DNA of 60,172 nt, counting the filler. It is 3 parts of 3 records of this genome, joined end to end, with 100 filler letters (N's around TTAATTAATTAA, not from the genome) between each part and the next. Parts side by side here need not be neighbours in the genome. Positions count along the whole stretch, not along the records: positions 24,869 to 54,422 come from DRR723986_18151; 2 more parts are not named here. One strand, written 5' to 3'. The notes under the pieces were generated by a model, which was not told the origin of the DNA, did not search any database, and saw nothing but the letters and a program-made list of their open reading frames with translations. Below are positions 30,968 through 41,533 of the stretch, one piece after another (within the stretch, counting starts at the first letter, position 1; the number at the start of each line of letters is the position of its first letter). A program made the translations under genes and the position numbers.

Positions 30968-32065
30968 TTACTTCATGCTTAGCGCTTTCTCGTCTGCGTC
31001 CTTTACCAATCTAAATCCTACATTGGAAGTTCCGCTATCAAAAGCCTGTCCTTGACGGGCAGAAGGACGATAGTTCACGCAATAGTTATCAGCGCACAAA
31101 TATGAGCCTCCTTTAATTACACGCTCCATTGCATAAGGGTTATCAGGGTTGTAGCAAGGATTCATGTTGGCATCTAGTTTAGGGGCTTGTCCAGCAAGTC
31201 TGGCGTATTTCAATGCATCATACCAATCATCGGTCAATTCCCAAACATTTCCAATCATATCGTATAGTCCAAATGTGTTTGGTGCAAATGATTTTACCGG
31301 AGAAGTTCCCTCAAATCCGTCTAGATTTTGGTTGTCATTTGGGAAATTACCCTGAAAAGTGTTCGCTAGGTATTGGCCGTTTGGAGTCAATTCATCTCCC
31401 CAAGCAAAGCGTTTTCCTGCAGCGCCACCACGTGCAGCAAATTCCCATTCATTTTCTGTAGGAAGTCTTTTGCCTACCCAATCTGCATAAGCTTTAGCAT
31501 CTTCAAAAGCAATATGGACTACAGGGTGATTTTCTCGTCCTTCCAAAGTTGATTCAGGACCTTCAGGGTTTTTCCAGCTAGCACCTTCAACCCACACCCA
31601 CCACAAGGAAATATCCTGAGTAGGGACAGCGTAGGGTGGTGGGCTGAAAACCATAGATCCAGCTACCAAAAGTGCATCGTCAGGTTTAGGTGTACCTGGA
31701 GGTAATTGCTTTTTGAGATCTTCCCATTCTGGTTTTTTCTCAGCTAGGGTTACATATCCCGTTGCGTCTACGAATTCCTTGAATTCAGCATTGGTGACCT
31801 CATGCGTGTCCATCCAAAATCCTTTTACTTTTAAGTTTACGGCAGGTTTCTCAGCAGAATAGGCATCAACTTCATTGGTTCCCATGACGAATTCACCACC
31901 CGGAATCCAAGCCATGCCTTCTATTTTTTTAGTAGGTTCAGGATTGCTTGCAATAACCATCTTGTTTTCATCTATGACTTGTTCAGAAGTTTTTTCCTGA
32001 CAGGAGAAAAATGAAGTGCTAACCAAGACAAGGCTGGCTAAACTGTATTTTATTGAATTGTTCAT
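30968..32065 (-). CDS. Formylglycine-generating enzyme family (SUMF1/FGE-sulfatase) lipoprotein
   Basis: HPVVHI, RLPTENEWEFAARGG, GLYDMIGNVWE, KGGSYLC..YC, GFRLV. Confidence 0.92.
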   Translation of the reverse strand: MNNSIKYSLASLVLVSTSFFSCQEKTSEQVIDENKMVIASNPEPTKKIEGMAWIPGGEFVMGTNEVDAYSAEKPAVNLKVKGFWMDTHEVTNAEFKEFVDATGYVTLAEKKPEWEDLKKQLPPGTPKPDDALLVAGSMVFSPPPYAVPTQDISLWWVWVEGASWKNPEGPESTLEGRENHPVVHIAFEDAKAYADWVGKRLPTENEWEFAARGGAAGKRFAWGDELTPNGQYLANTFQGNFPNDNQNLDGFEGTSPVKSFAPNTFGLYDMIGNVWELTDDWYDALKYARLAGQAPKLDANMNPCYNPDNPYAMERVIKGGSYLCADNYCVNYRPSARQGQAFDSGTSNVGFRLVKDADEKALSMK

Positions 32066-32137
32066 AATTGGCTTACTTCAGCTTTAAAAGTAGTGGTTTC
32101 TTTCCTTTATTCGAAAGATTTGGCTGAGTAATAGGAT

Positions 32138-33148
32138 TTACTCTTCTTCGAGAGGTACTGCGTTGATACGTTCTATTACTTTTTTTCGCAATTTATTAAA
32201 GAATTGTTTCCTCTCTTTTTCACAAACAACACTGATCTGGGTTGATTTTTTGATCAGATTATCCAGATTTTTGAACATAGCATTATTAAAAGCAGGGTCG
32301 GATGTTCCATGGAAGTAAATGACACTGTGATTTAAATAGGTGACCTTTTGCTCGTCCATCGTTGCAAAAAAAGTGTTGTCGCCAATAATAAATTCATTTA
32401 CAAAAAAATTGTAATCTGCCCCTTCCATTTCAGGATGGGCTGGGATAATCTTTTTACCCTTTTCTGCCATTTTCTCCAAGTTGTCAATCACCTCCATCAT
32501 GCAGTTATACAGAAAAATTGTGTCTTTCGTAGAAGTCATAATTCCCATTTCATGATATAATTCAATTTGGCGGAGGGTAATATTTATTCCTTCTATATTC
32601 CAGATTTCAGTTGTAGGGATTTTATGATACGCTTTAAGGATTTTCTGGGTGATTTCTGCAAACTGATCATAGGAATTGTCGTCAATAGAAAACTTAGTGT
32701 CTTTCAGGCTCTCATTGAACAAGATCGATTTTCTCCAAAAAAAGAATTTGAATGCAGCTAATTCCTTGTGATAGTAATGATGGAAAGGAGGCATGTCTTT
32801 AACCAGCCAATAGATGTGTTTTTTAGAAAAGCTATTGACCAGATTCAACTGTGCATAAACATCTTCCATCCATCTCATAAAGCTATTCTCTTGATAATCA
32901 TTTTGATTACCCTGAAATAGAATACTATTGGATTGCAGATTAAAGAAGGTATCAAGAGAGATATTGAATCTACCACAAAGTGTTTCCAGCTCGGTAAAAT
33001 CAAGTAATTTCTCACCTCGAATCCTTCTATAAGCACTATCTATACTGATCTCTAAAATCTCAGCTATCTCGTCAACCAGAGAATTGTAACTAGGTAAAGA
33101 AAGCTTGATAGCTTGGAAAAATGCCGCTTGACTCTTGTTAAAACTCAT
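32138..33148 (-). CDS. N-terminal HTH (BetR-like) transcriptional regulator
   Basis: EIAEILEISIDSAYRRIRGE helix-turn-helix. Confidence 0.7.
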   Translation of the reverse strand: MSFNKSQAAFFQAIKLSLPSYNSLVDEIAEILEISIDSAYRRIRGEKLLDFTELETLCGRFNISLDTFFNLQSNSILFQGNQNDYQENSFMRWMEDVYAQLNLVNSFSKKHIYWLVKDMPPFHHYYHKELAAFKFFFWRKSILFNESLKDTKFSIDDNSYDQFAEITQKILKAYHKIPTTEIWNIEGINITLRQIELYHEMGIMTSTKDTIFLYNCMMEVIDNLEKMAEKGKKIIPAHPEMEGADYNFFVNEFIIGDNTFFATMDEQKVTYLNHSVIYFHGTSDPAFNNAMFKNLDNLIKKSTQISVVCEKERKQFFNKLRKKVIERINAVPLEEE

Positions 33149-33315
33149 AGCAACTAGGGGTGTTAAGGGATCGAAGATGTTAAATCTTCATTAAGATATA
33201 GGAAAGTAGAATAAGAAAAAATCTACCTATACAAAAGTAGCAAGGGCAACCTGCTGATAGTCAGAGGATGATATGAATATATTGAGTTTTATTGGACATA
33301 TGGGAGAATATAGTC

Positions 33316-33343
33316 AAAAAAAAAGCGACTCGAAAGTCGCTTT
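33316..33343 (-). terminator. Intrinsic terminator after ferritin
   Basis: Minus strand AAAGCGACT-TTCG-AGTCGCTTT followed by a T run. Confidence 0.85.
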
Positions 33344-33348
33344 AAAAT

Positions 33349-33891
33349 TTAAGCTGTAGGATGGGCTGCTGCGTGCAGCTTACCAAGTTCTTGATCAATA
33401 GTCCACAATCCAACTCCTTCTTCACCAATTATATCGAAAAGTTCTAGAGCTCTTCTTGACATTGTCTCTTCTTCTCTTTGCTCGGTCACATACCATTGCA
33501 TAAAGCTAAACGTTGCAAAATCCTTTTTAGAAAATGCATGATCCACAATATTGTTGATAGATCTGGTCACGTTGATTTCATGCTCAAGGATCAATTCAAA
33601 GATTTCTCTTAATGAATTGAAATTATGCCTAATCCCTGTAATCTCAGGCTGAATGGCGTGTCCACCAGCTTCATTGATGTACTGAAATATCTTCATCATA
33701 TGCATCCTCTCTTCGTCTGCATGAGTATAGAGGTATTTCGCCGAATTTTCATAACCCATCATATGACACCAAGATGCCATGGATAAGTAGTAGGCAGAGG
33801 AAGTACCTTCCATTTCTACCTGTTTGTTGAGCAATTTCTCTGTATCGACAAGCAATGAACGCTGTAGCGTTACGATTTCTTTAGCTTTCAT
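33349..33891 (-). CDS. ftnA: Non-heme ferritin
   Basis: LNKQVEME..YLSMASW, EERMH, EHE, WYVTEQREEE ferroxidase residues. Confidence 0.92.
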   Translation of the reverse strand: MKAKEIVTLQRSLLVDTEKLLNKQVEMEGTSSAYYLSMASWCHMMGYENSAKYLYTHADEERMHMMKIFQYINEAGGHAIQPEITGIRHNFNSLREIFELILEHEINVTRSINNIVDHAFSKKDFATFSFMQWYVTEQREEETMSRRALELFDIIGEEGVGLWTIDQELGKLHAAAHPTA

Positions 33892-33989
33892 AGTTATAGT
33901 GTTTCATATAGTAAACTAAATATAACCAATCAGGTTCCCATTGCTACTTTTTTAGCTGAATTTGGAATTAATTTAATTAAGAATTTACC

Positions 33990-35336
33990 TTATCTGGAAA
34001 GTGGAGTAGGGAAGACAGGTAGGCTTTCAGCACCTGATTCAGAGACAGATTGTACAGCAAAGAAGTAGTTGTCCTTGGAATATGGCAAGGTCAAAGAAGT
34101 ATCTGTAGTCCAGAATTTTTGCTCCCACATCGGAGATGAAGTTTCTCTCATTAACACATAATAACCTTTTGCTTTGCCTATTTCTGGTGCTTCCCACAGT
34201 AATGTGGATTTATTACTTAGGCCACGAACATCTATTTTCACTTCTTGGGGTTGGTCAGGAGAATTGGCCAAAGAGGCCAAAGAGGCTAGGTTAACCGCTG
34301 ACACTTTTCGCAGGTATTCAAAATCCATGTATTCAGGCAAATCGCCATAATGAATTCCATCTTCCACTCGAACATTTTCATGCTGATGGATAAAGTTTTC
34401 ATTCATTTCAGACATTCGCACGGCTGTGAAAGCATTCCTTGCAAAAGGAGTTTGATCTCCGCCACGTAAGAATCTATCAGCACGGTAAATCAATTTTACC
34501 TCGAATTGGTCAACGTAGCGTTCTCCTTGCTCCTTGATGTAGCGAGCTAGCTGACGGGATTTACTATCGTTATCGGCATTCGTATAGCGACGGATATTTC
34601 CTTCTTGTTCTGTTTCTGCGGCAGGAATAGTTTCTGAAAAAACTCTCATTTTTAGGTTGTCTTTGATAAGCGTTTCAGATGAGCTGCTATTTCCTACTAT
34701 GTCGTTGTTCAGCACAGCCGCCAGATTCCACTCTTCGGACTTTGCTTTATCTGCCAAATAGGTAGCACCTTTCAAACCTTGCTCTTCACCGGTAAAAGCC
34801 ACAAACATGATAGTTGCAGAAAACTCGTGAGAAGCCATAATTCTAGCTAATTCAATTACCGCTGCAGTTCCACTTCCATCGTCATTTGCGCCAGGAGCAG
34901 CTCCTACTGCATCCATCACGTCTTTGTTGCGGGAATCCATGTGTGCAGAAAGGATAAATATGCGGGTGTCTGCTGGGTCAGTCCCTTTCAGAGTAGCTAT
35001 TACGTTTGCTCCTGGAGAATCAGCGGTTATTCTACGATTATCAGCTGGAATGGTGAATTTTTCGATTTCTGCTGTCATTCTGCCACCTGACTGTTTTGCA
35101 AAATGGTTGAATTTTGAAAGTACGTAGCGCTGGGCTGCAGGCATACCATCTTTTTCATCCGTACTTAAAGTATGACGGGAATTGAAAGAGGCCAATGATC
35201 GTACATGGTGCTCGAGAGAATCCGAAGAAATCTCAGAGATCATTTGAGCAATTTCCGGATTTCGGATTATGGTAGTTTGGGAAATTGCTGCTTGACTGCA
35301 AAGGGCCAGAACGGCAATGAGTAATTTTTTATGCAT
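33990..35336 (-). CDS. M28 family metallopeptidase
   Basis: AHMDS, PGANDDGSG, GEEQGL, NNDIVG; signal peptide. Confidence 0.9.
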   Translation of the reverse strand: MHKKLLIAVLALCSQAAISQTTIIRNPEIAQMISEISSDSLEHHVRSLASFNSRHTLSTDEKDGMPAAQRYVLSKFNHFAKQSGGRMTAEIEKFTIPADNRRITADSPGANVIATLKGTDPADTRIFILSAHMDSRNKDVMDAVGAAPGANDDGSGTAAVIELARIMASHEFSATIMFVAFTGEEQGLKGATYLADKAKSEEWNLAAVLNNDIVGNSSSSETLIKDNLKMRVFSETIPAAETEQEGNIRRYTNADNDSKSRQLARYIKEQGERYVDQFEVKLIYRADRFLRGGDQTPFARNAFTAVRMSEMNENFIHQHENVRVEDGIHYGDLPEYMDFEYLRKVSAVNLASLASLANSPDQPQEVKIDVRGLSNKSTLLWEAPEIGKAKGYYVLMRETSSPMWEQKFWTTDTSLTLPYSKDNYFFAVQSVSESGAESLPVFPTPLSR

Positions 35337-35404
35337 GATGTTGAGGTGGTTTATACTAATGACTTAAATTTATTGCATATATATTCCTCCCAAAGCATTT
35401 TTAC

Positions 35405-35920
35405 ATGAAAACCATGGATCAACCTAAAAAAGGTGACTATTCACCTTTTTTTTCAACCTACCTGAATCTCGTTACAGGAAATAACTATGAAGAGCAGGTT
35501 TTAAATCAATCCAATTCTCTTCTGAAACTATTTCATGAGAAGGGCACTGCTTGGTCAGAAAAACCTTATGCTGAAGGTAAGTGGACACCTAAAGAGGTAC
35601 TTGGACACATTATTGACACTGAAAGAATAATGACTTTCCGGGCGCTTTGTTTTGCTAGAGGGGAGAAATCCTCATTGCCGGGTTTTGATCAGGATCCTTA
35701 TGTGCTTAATGCACGATTTGGTCACGTTCCAATTGAAAACCTGCTTGATGATTTTGTAAGTCAAAGGATGGCTTTAGTTTCCCTAATTCGGACCTTACAT
35801 GAAGATACCTTAGATCTTGTTGGAACTGCCAATGGTAATCCGATCACTCCAAGGGCATTGTTTTGGATCATTCCTGGACATTTTATCCATCATTTAAATA
35901 TCTTAATAGAGCGATATTAA
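35405..35920 (+). CDS. DinB family protein
   Basis: YAEGKWTPKEVLGHIIDTERI, GHFIHH. Confidence 0.88.
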   Translation: MKTMDQPKKGDYSPFFSTYLNLVTGNNYEEQVLNQSNSLLKLFHEKGTAWSEKPYAEGKWTPKEVLGHIIDTERIMTFRALCFARGEKSSLPGFDQDPYVLNARFGHVPIENLLDDFVSQRMALVSLIRTLHEDTLDLVGTANGNPITPRALFWIIPGHFIHHLNILIERY

Positions 35921-35922
35921 TC

Positions 35923-36717
35923 ATGAAATTAGCTATCACCACAGTAGACGCTTTTACAAATAAGGTCTTTTCGGGAAATCCGGCGGCTGTTTGCTTATTG
36001 GATTATGAACTCAGTGCTGATCAGATGCAGACTATTGCTATGGAGATGAATCTGAGTGAAACTGCTTTTGTCCAGCGGACCTCTGAATCAGATTCTTTTG
36101 GTTTGCGCTGGTTTACCCCAGTTCTCGAAATTGATCTTTGCGGGCATGCTACTTTGGCATCTGCTTATTGGATGTTGAAATCCGGTTGGGCAAAAGCTGG
36201 TGAAACAATTAGATTTCAGACCCTCAGTAGTGAACTTAAAGTGAAAAGCGATGGAGAGTGGCTTGAGATGGATTTTCCTTTGATCCCTACTACAGTGGCA
36301 AAGCATCCTTTTTTTGTAGATAATTTCTTTGGGGCAAAAATCTCGCAAGCTGCTAAATTGAAAAAGAATTGGATTTTTGAGCTTGAAGATGCGGATGCAA
36401 TAGAATCTTGTTTTCCTGATTTTTCAATTGTGAAACAGCATAGTGAAGAAGGAATAATTATCACTGCGTCTGGAAAAGGATCCTTCGATATTTATAGCCG
36501 TTTCTTTGGGCCTAATGTAGGGATTGATGAAGATCCCGTCACTGGATTTGCTCATTGTGCATTAATGGATTACTGGAATCAGAGAAGTGGCAAAAGTACT
36601 TTGAAAGCTTATCAGGCCAGTAAAAGAGGAGGGGTGCTACATTTAGAAAAAAGAGAAGATAGAGTTATTATTAGAGGGCAAGCTATTAAAGTTTTGTCTG
36701 GAGAAATTGAATTTTAG
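35923..36717 (+). CDS. PhzF family isomerase/epimerase
   Basis: VDAFT..GNPAAV, NLSETAF, LCGHATLA, EDPVTG. ATG at 35923. Confidence 0.93.
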   Translation: MKLAITTVDAFTNKVFSGNPAAVCLLDYELSADQMQTIAMEMNLSETAFVQRTSESDSFGLRWFTPVLEIDLCGHATLASAYWMLKSGWAKAGETIRFQTLSSELKVKSDGEWLEMDFPLIPTTVAKHPFFVDNFFGAKISQAAKLKKNWIFELEDADAIESCFPDFSIVKQHSEEGIIITASGKGSFDIYSRFFGPNVGIDEDPVTGFAHCALMDYWNQRSGKSTLKAYQASKRGGVLHLEKREDRVIIRGQAIKVLSGEIEF

Positions 36718-37419
36718 ATGAATCATTTTGTAAATAAAAAGAGGAGGCAAGTAAAATACGCTATCAATTCCTTTACTGAGTATTGGTTGACAGATGCGAG
36801 TTTTGGGGTGCTACTCCTTATCCTACTTTTCACAGTATTTGTGCTGCCAATTCTTATAGAATATGGGCATGTACATGAATTGTTTGTAAATACAGTCTTT
36901 CTGTTTTTATTTTTTACCGGAATCTGGTCATCTAGATTTAAGCTTTTGGTAGGAATGACCACCATTCTATTTTTGACTCAATTAGGCTTAAGAATACTTC
37001 GTTTTTCAAATTACGACTTTGAGTTTTACTTGGCTGAGAGAATCGTGGGTATTATGAATATGTTGGTTTTTATATTTCTGAATATCAGGTTATTATTTCG
37101 AAATGATGAAGTAAATATTTATAGAGTTATTGGAGCTATTAATGTCTATTTATTGGTTGCTATTTTAGGAGCTTTTGTTTTTGAGATAATCTATCTGACG
37201 ACTGGTTCTGGCATTGGTGGAGATGTAGTTTTAGAAGGAATCGACAAGGATTTCGCCCTATATATTTATTTCAGTTTAGTATCCCTGACTACCGTAGGTT
37301 TTGGAGATATATACCCAATTCAGGTGATGTCAAAAATGCTTTCAGTATTCCTTTCTACCATAGGGATTTTGTATCCAGCCGTAGTAATTGCCAGACTTGT
37401 TTCGGCTAGTAAGGCTTAA
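36718..37419 (+). CDS. Potassium channel family membrane protein (Ion_trans_2)
   Basis: YFSLVSLTTVGFGDI selectivity filter; multiple TM helices. Confidence 0.85.
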   Translation: MNHFVNKKRRQVKYAINSFTEYWLTDASFGVLLLILLFTVFVLPILIEYGHVHELFVNTVFLFLFFTGIWSSRFKLLVGMTTILFLTQLGLRILRFSNYDFEFYLAERIVGIMNMLVFIFLNIRLLFRNDEVNIYRVIGAINVYLLVAILGAFVFEIIYLTTGSGIGGDVVLEGIDKDFALYIYFSLVSLTTVGFGDIYPIQVMSKMLSVFLSTIGILYPAVVIARLVSASKA

Positions 37420-37504
37420 TTAAATATGCCCATTTATGTAATTTTTTTCAGGAATGCCTTTACAATTTGTAGTTTCAAAATCGAATATTTATACCCCATA
37501 CTTT

Positions 37505-38986
37505 ATGAGAAGATTTAGTTTAACATTAATTTTTATGGCCTTGCTTTCTGTTGTTTTTGCGCAGCAGGAGCGGCATATAGAAATTGAGTCAGCAGTAGTT
37601 ACTACCCATGAGACTACAATTAAAGGGAAGAAGGTTCCTTACAAAGCAACAGCTGGAACCCAACCTGTTTGGAATGAAAAAGGCAAGCCTATTGCATCTT
37701 TGTTCTATACCTTTTATGAGCGTACAGACGTATCGGATAAGACTACTCGACCGCTTGTTATTTCTTTCAATGGCGGCCCAGGATCGGCTTCTATCTGGAT
37801 GCATATTGCTTACACTGGCCCAGTTGTCCTGAATATTGATGATGAGGGCTATCCACTTCAGCCATACGGCACCAAGTCAAATCCTCATTCTATTCTTGAT
37901 GTAGCTGATATCGTGTATGTGGATCCTGTGAATACGGGGTATTCCAGAATTGTAGATGAAGAAGTAGATCGCTCTACTTTCTTTGGGATAAACTCTGACA
38001 TCCGCTATTTGGCTGATTGGGTAAACACATTTGTAACCCGTCAGAATCGCTGGGCTTCGCCAAAGTATTTGATCGGAGAAAGCTATGGCACTACCCGTGT
38101 GGCAGGTCTTGTAGCACAGCTACAAAATTCACATTGGATGTATTTCAATGGTGTTATTATGGTTTCTCCTACAGAGTTAGGAATCGAGCGAGGAGCACCA
38201 ATTCATACTTCTAACTACCTTCCTTATTATGCAGCGACCGCTTGGTATCATAAAGCCTTGGATGCATCTCTTCAGAGCCAGGATTTGGAAGATTTCCTCC
38301 CGGAAGTGGAAGCCTTTACCATCAATGAATTAATACCAGCTGTAGTGAAAGGAGGAATGTTGACAGCCTCCGAGCGAGATGCGATTGCTACCAAGTATGC
38401 ATTGTACTCTGGTTTGAAAAAGGATGTAGTACTCGAACACAATCTTTTGATTCCTACCAATTTTTTCTGGAAGGAATTGCTTAGAGACAAAGGCATGACA
38501 ATAGGCAGATTAGATAGTAGATATAAGGGCTTTGACAATGCAGGAACAGGTTCTAGACCTGATTTCGATCCAGCTTTGTCATCCTGGAATCATGCTTTTG
38601 CTCCATCTTTCCAGATTTATGTGAGAGAGAATCTCAATTACAAAACAGATTTGACCTACAATCTTTTCGGCCCTGTTCACCCTTGGAATCGCTCTAATGA
38701 AAATACGGGATATGATTTAGCAGATGCGATGCGTCAAAACCCTTACTTACACGTCATGACTCAGTCAGGTTATTATGACGGAGGTACCGATTATTTCAAT
38801 GCAAAATACAACCATTGGCAAATGGATCCATCAGGTAGATTGGCAGACAGACTTTCGTGGAAAGGCTATAGAAGTGGGCATATGATGTACCTAAGAGCTG
38901 AGGATTTGGAGACCTCCAATGAGGATATTCGCCAGTTTATCAAGAAATCAATGGTAGCGCCAGATATGCCAGCAAAGTATGATTAA
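37505..38986 (+). CDS. S10 family serine carboxypeptidase
   Basis: FNGGPGSAS, DPVNTGYS, GESYG, SGHMMY; signal peptide from ATG 37505. Confidence 0.92.
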   Translation: MRRFSLTLIFMALLSVVFAQQERHIEIESAVVTTHETTIKGKKVPYKATAGTQPVWNEKGKPIASLFYTFYERTDVSDKTTRPLVISFNGGPGSASIWMHIAYTGPVVLNIDDEGYPLQPYGTKSNPHSILDVADIVYVDPVNTGYSRIVDEEVDRSTFFGINSDIRYLADWVNTFVTRQNRWASPKYLIGESYGTTRVAGLVAQLQNSHWMYFNGVIMVSPTELGIERGAPIHTSNYLPYYAATAWYHKALDASLQSQDLEDFLPEVEAFTINELIPAVVKGGMLTASERDAIATKYALYSGLKKDVVLEHNLLIPTNFFWKELLRDKGMTIGRLDSRYKGFDNAGTGSRPDFDPALSSWNHAFAPSFQIYVRENLNYKTDLTYNLFGPVHPWNRSNENTGYDLADAMRQNPYLHVMTQSGYYDGGTDYFNAKYNHWQMDPSGRLADRLSWKGYRSGHMMYLRAEDLETSNEDIRQFIKKSMVAPDMPAKYD

Positions 38987-39093
38987 GTGGGAACACAGAT
39001 GATGGAAGCCCGAAGTAGATTCACTAGTTCAGTTTAGAAATCTGCAGTGCTTTTATCACTTTACTCTTGATGTAATTAATTCGATTAGTCAAT

Positions 39094-39127
39094 AAGAAAG
39101 CCGAAGACATCTTCGGCTTTCTTTTTT
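39094..39127. terminator. Intrinsic terminator between convergent genes
   Basis: AAGAAAGCCGAAGA-CA-TCTTCGGCTTTCTT plus T run. Confidence 0.85.
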
Positions 39128-39137
39128 ATCAATCTGA

Positions 39138-40016
39138 CTAGATTACTAAATGTTTTTTGAATGATTCAAAATCAATCCAAGGTTCTTGGGAGCCTATCAT
39201 CTCACCTAAAATCTGGTATATATCAGATGGCTTTTTTCCTTCTTTCCTTAGAAACTGAATCGAAGTGGCGCCTTCTGATTTGGAGAGCTTTTTCTTTTTA
39301 GGTCCTTTCAAAAGTTGGTGATGGTGAAAGGTTGCTTCCTGAAAGGAGGTGAGATCGAGTCCGTTGGCAACTATTTGTTGGTCTAAAGTCGAGCCTAGCA
39401 AATCATTTCCTCTTACGATCAGATCCACTCCATATGTCACATCATCAACCACAGAAGTTAATTGATATGATGGAAGTTTGTCTTTCTTTCTTACAATAAA
39501 AAAGGCTGAATCTTCCGGAAGTACATAGGATTTATCCCCTTCGAAATAGGTTTTGATTTTGATAAAATCGGTATCGAAAGTATCCATTCTCCAGCAAGTT
39601 TCAGCTCGCTCCAATGGTATATTTCGGACTTGGCAATGACCTAAATAATAACCGGAAGAATCTAGTTGTTGAATCTTCTTACGGGTACAGTCACAGGCAA
39701 AGACCAATTTTCTTTCACGGATCTTATCCAACGCTTCTAAGTAATTGTTCATTCTATGAATCTGAGACCACTCTTGCTCAAATTCCTGAACGGTTTTTGG
39801 CCCCACATCATAACTGATTTCCATGAAATCCAGCGTGTCAAAAATATCCTGAACGTACTCGGTTCTATATCGCTCTCGATCCAAGTCATCAATTCTTAGA
39901 AGAATCTTAGCTCCGGTTTCTTCAGCCAAGGCCTTTGTAACCAAAAACGAATAAAGATTTCCCAGATGCAAATATCCACTGGGAGTAGGGGCAAATCGTG
40001 TAAGCTTGAAATTCAT
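39138..40016 (-). CDS. gluQ: Truncated GluRS paralogue (glutamyl-Q tRNA(Asp) synthetase-like)
   Basis: RFAPTPSGYLHLGN (HIGH), LRIDDLD, CDCTR, KLSKS (KMSKS); no anticodon-binding domain. Confidence 0.8.
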   Translation of the reverse strand: MNFKLTRFAPTPSGYLHLGNLYSFLVTKALAEETGAKILLRIDDLDRERYRTEYVQDIFDTLDFMEISYDVGPKTVQEFEQEWSQIHRMNNYLEALDKIRERKLVFACDCTRKKIQQLDSSGYYLGHCQVRNIPLERAETCWRMDTFDTDFIKIKTYFEGDKSYVLPEDSAFFIVRKKDKLPSYQLTSVVDDVTYGVDLIVRGNDLLGSTLDQQIVANGLDLTSFQEATFHHHQLLKGPKKKKLSKSEGATSIQFLRKEGKKPSDIYQILGEMIGSQEPWIDFESFKKHLVI

Positions 40017-40148
40017 TTGGCGAAATTAAATAGAATAGAGCAAAGAATGTGTAGATGCACTTTCCCAGTAATTTTTGATTTTACTCTTAAGCTTCTTTAA
40101 CTTCCATATATTCATTAGCTACCAAAAGCCTTCTTATTTTTGGCCTTT

Positions 40149-40880
40149 ATGAAATTCAGATTCCTAGTCGTTTTATATTTTGCCTTCCTCCCAGCTATTC
40201 TCGCGCAGAGAACTTATTCGGGAAATGTGCTGGATGCAACAGATAAAACATATTTAGAAGGAGTGAAAGTTGAAGTGCTAGGCACTCAAAGCTCATCTAT
40301 AACCAATATACGTGGATACTTCTCCGTGAAAGGAAACATTGGTGATACTTTGAAAATCTCCTTCCCTGGATTTATTGACCAAAGTTTTCCTTTGGGTGAA
40401 GAAACCTTTTTAATACTTCAAATTCAGGACAGGGCACGGTTTCTCCCTACTTTTGAGGTGAAATCTGAACCTTATGCTTTTAGGTTCAAGGATGGGAAAT
40501 TAACTCTTATTGATCCTGATGAGGAGAAAGCCCCTTCTACAAAGGGTGGAATAAGTGCAGGATATCTTAATTCTCCGAATGGAGGAGTTGCAATTGCCGG
40601 GGTATTATCCTCATTGACCAAACGGGCAAGACAAGAACGTGAATATCAGAAAAAACAAGAGTGGATGCGGCGGAGAGCTGGATATTATGCTGTAGTTGAA
40701 TCAGACTCAATTCGTCAAAATCTCATGGTGAAATATCAGCTTGAGCGATCACAGTGGGATAGAATTATCATTCGATTCAATGAAGGAAATGCCTATCATG
40801 AATTTCTGGACTGGAGCAAAGACCGCGTTTATGCTACACTTAGTGAGTTTATTGATAGAGAAAGCCGCTGGATTAATTAA
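40149..40880 (+). CDS. CarboxypepD_reg-like domain secreted protein
   Basis: Signal peptide followed by G.VLD..LEGV.V..TN.RGYF..GDTL.IS. Confidence 0.7.
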   Translation: MKFRFLVVLYFAFLPAILAQRTYSGNVLDATDKTYLEGVKVEVLGTQSSSITNIRGYFSVKGNIGDTLKISFPGFIDQSFPLGEETFLILQIQDRARFLPTFEVKSEPYAFRFKDGKLTLIDPDEEKAPSTKGGISAGYLNSPNGGVAIAGVLSSLTKRARQEREYQKKQEWMRRRAGYYAVVESDSIRQNLMVKYQLERSQWDRIIIRFNEGNAYHEFLDWSKDRVYATLSEFIDRESRWIN

Positions 40881-40944
40881 TCTTTCTTTTGAGGGGAATT
40901 AAGTCACCTAGAATCCGATGACAGGGTCTGTGGGCTCTTCATAA

Positions 40945-41451
40945 TTAAGATTTCCTCTTAAATGACCAAGTCACATAAAATTTCGCTACTTCTTCCCCTT
41001 GTGGATTTTTACCGGAAGATATCATTGTCAACTTTCCCGTATCTTCTGGCTCTAAAGAGGCAAGAAGAGCGAATAATTCTTGTCCTTGTTCACATGTAAA
41101 TGTGATTTTTTGATTCGCTTTTTTAAAGTATTCAGCTTTAAAATCTACCACAAGCATGGAATATTTTCCCAATCCGCTGATTGCCAATTGACATAATGCA
41201 CCGGTACTTAATTCTGCTGCCCCGGCCATTGCAGCAAAGTAAATAGAGTTAAAAGGATTCTGTGTTCTCCATGTATAGGGGATGGTTACAGTGCACTTTT
41301 CAGCATCCAATTCCTTTATCCGAAACTTCCAAAAAATCGCTGACGGCAGTTTAATCAACATGCCAAACCAGAAATAAAATGGGTTGTTCATTTTTTTTTG
41401 ATAGGCTAAAGCAGCGGGCTTTAATGAAGAATGGGTTTCTTTGTCGTTCAT
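40945..41451 (-). CDS. DUF4442/PaaI-like hotdog-fold protein
   Basis: TQNPFNSIYFAAMAGAAELSTG, AEYFKKA. Confidence 0.8.
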   Translation of the reverse strand: MNDKETHSSLKPAALAYQKKMNNPFYFWFGMLIKLPSAIFWKFRIKELDAEKCTVTIPYTWRTQNPFNSIYFAAMAGAAELSTGALCQLAISGLGKYSMLVVDFKAEYFKKANQKITFTCEQGQELFALLASLEPEDTGKLTMISSGKNPQGEEVAKFYVTWSFKRKS

Positions 41452-41533
41452 ATTTCTTTAATCGAAAGCTTAAAGTAGTGAAAATTGTTTTCTGGTATTT
41501 AATTTGAATCTAGAGAAGAAAAAAACAACCACC

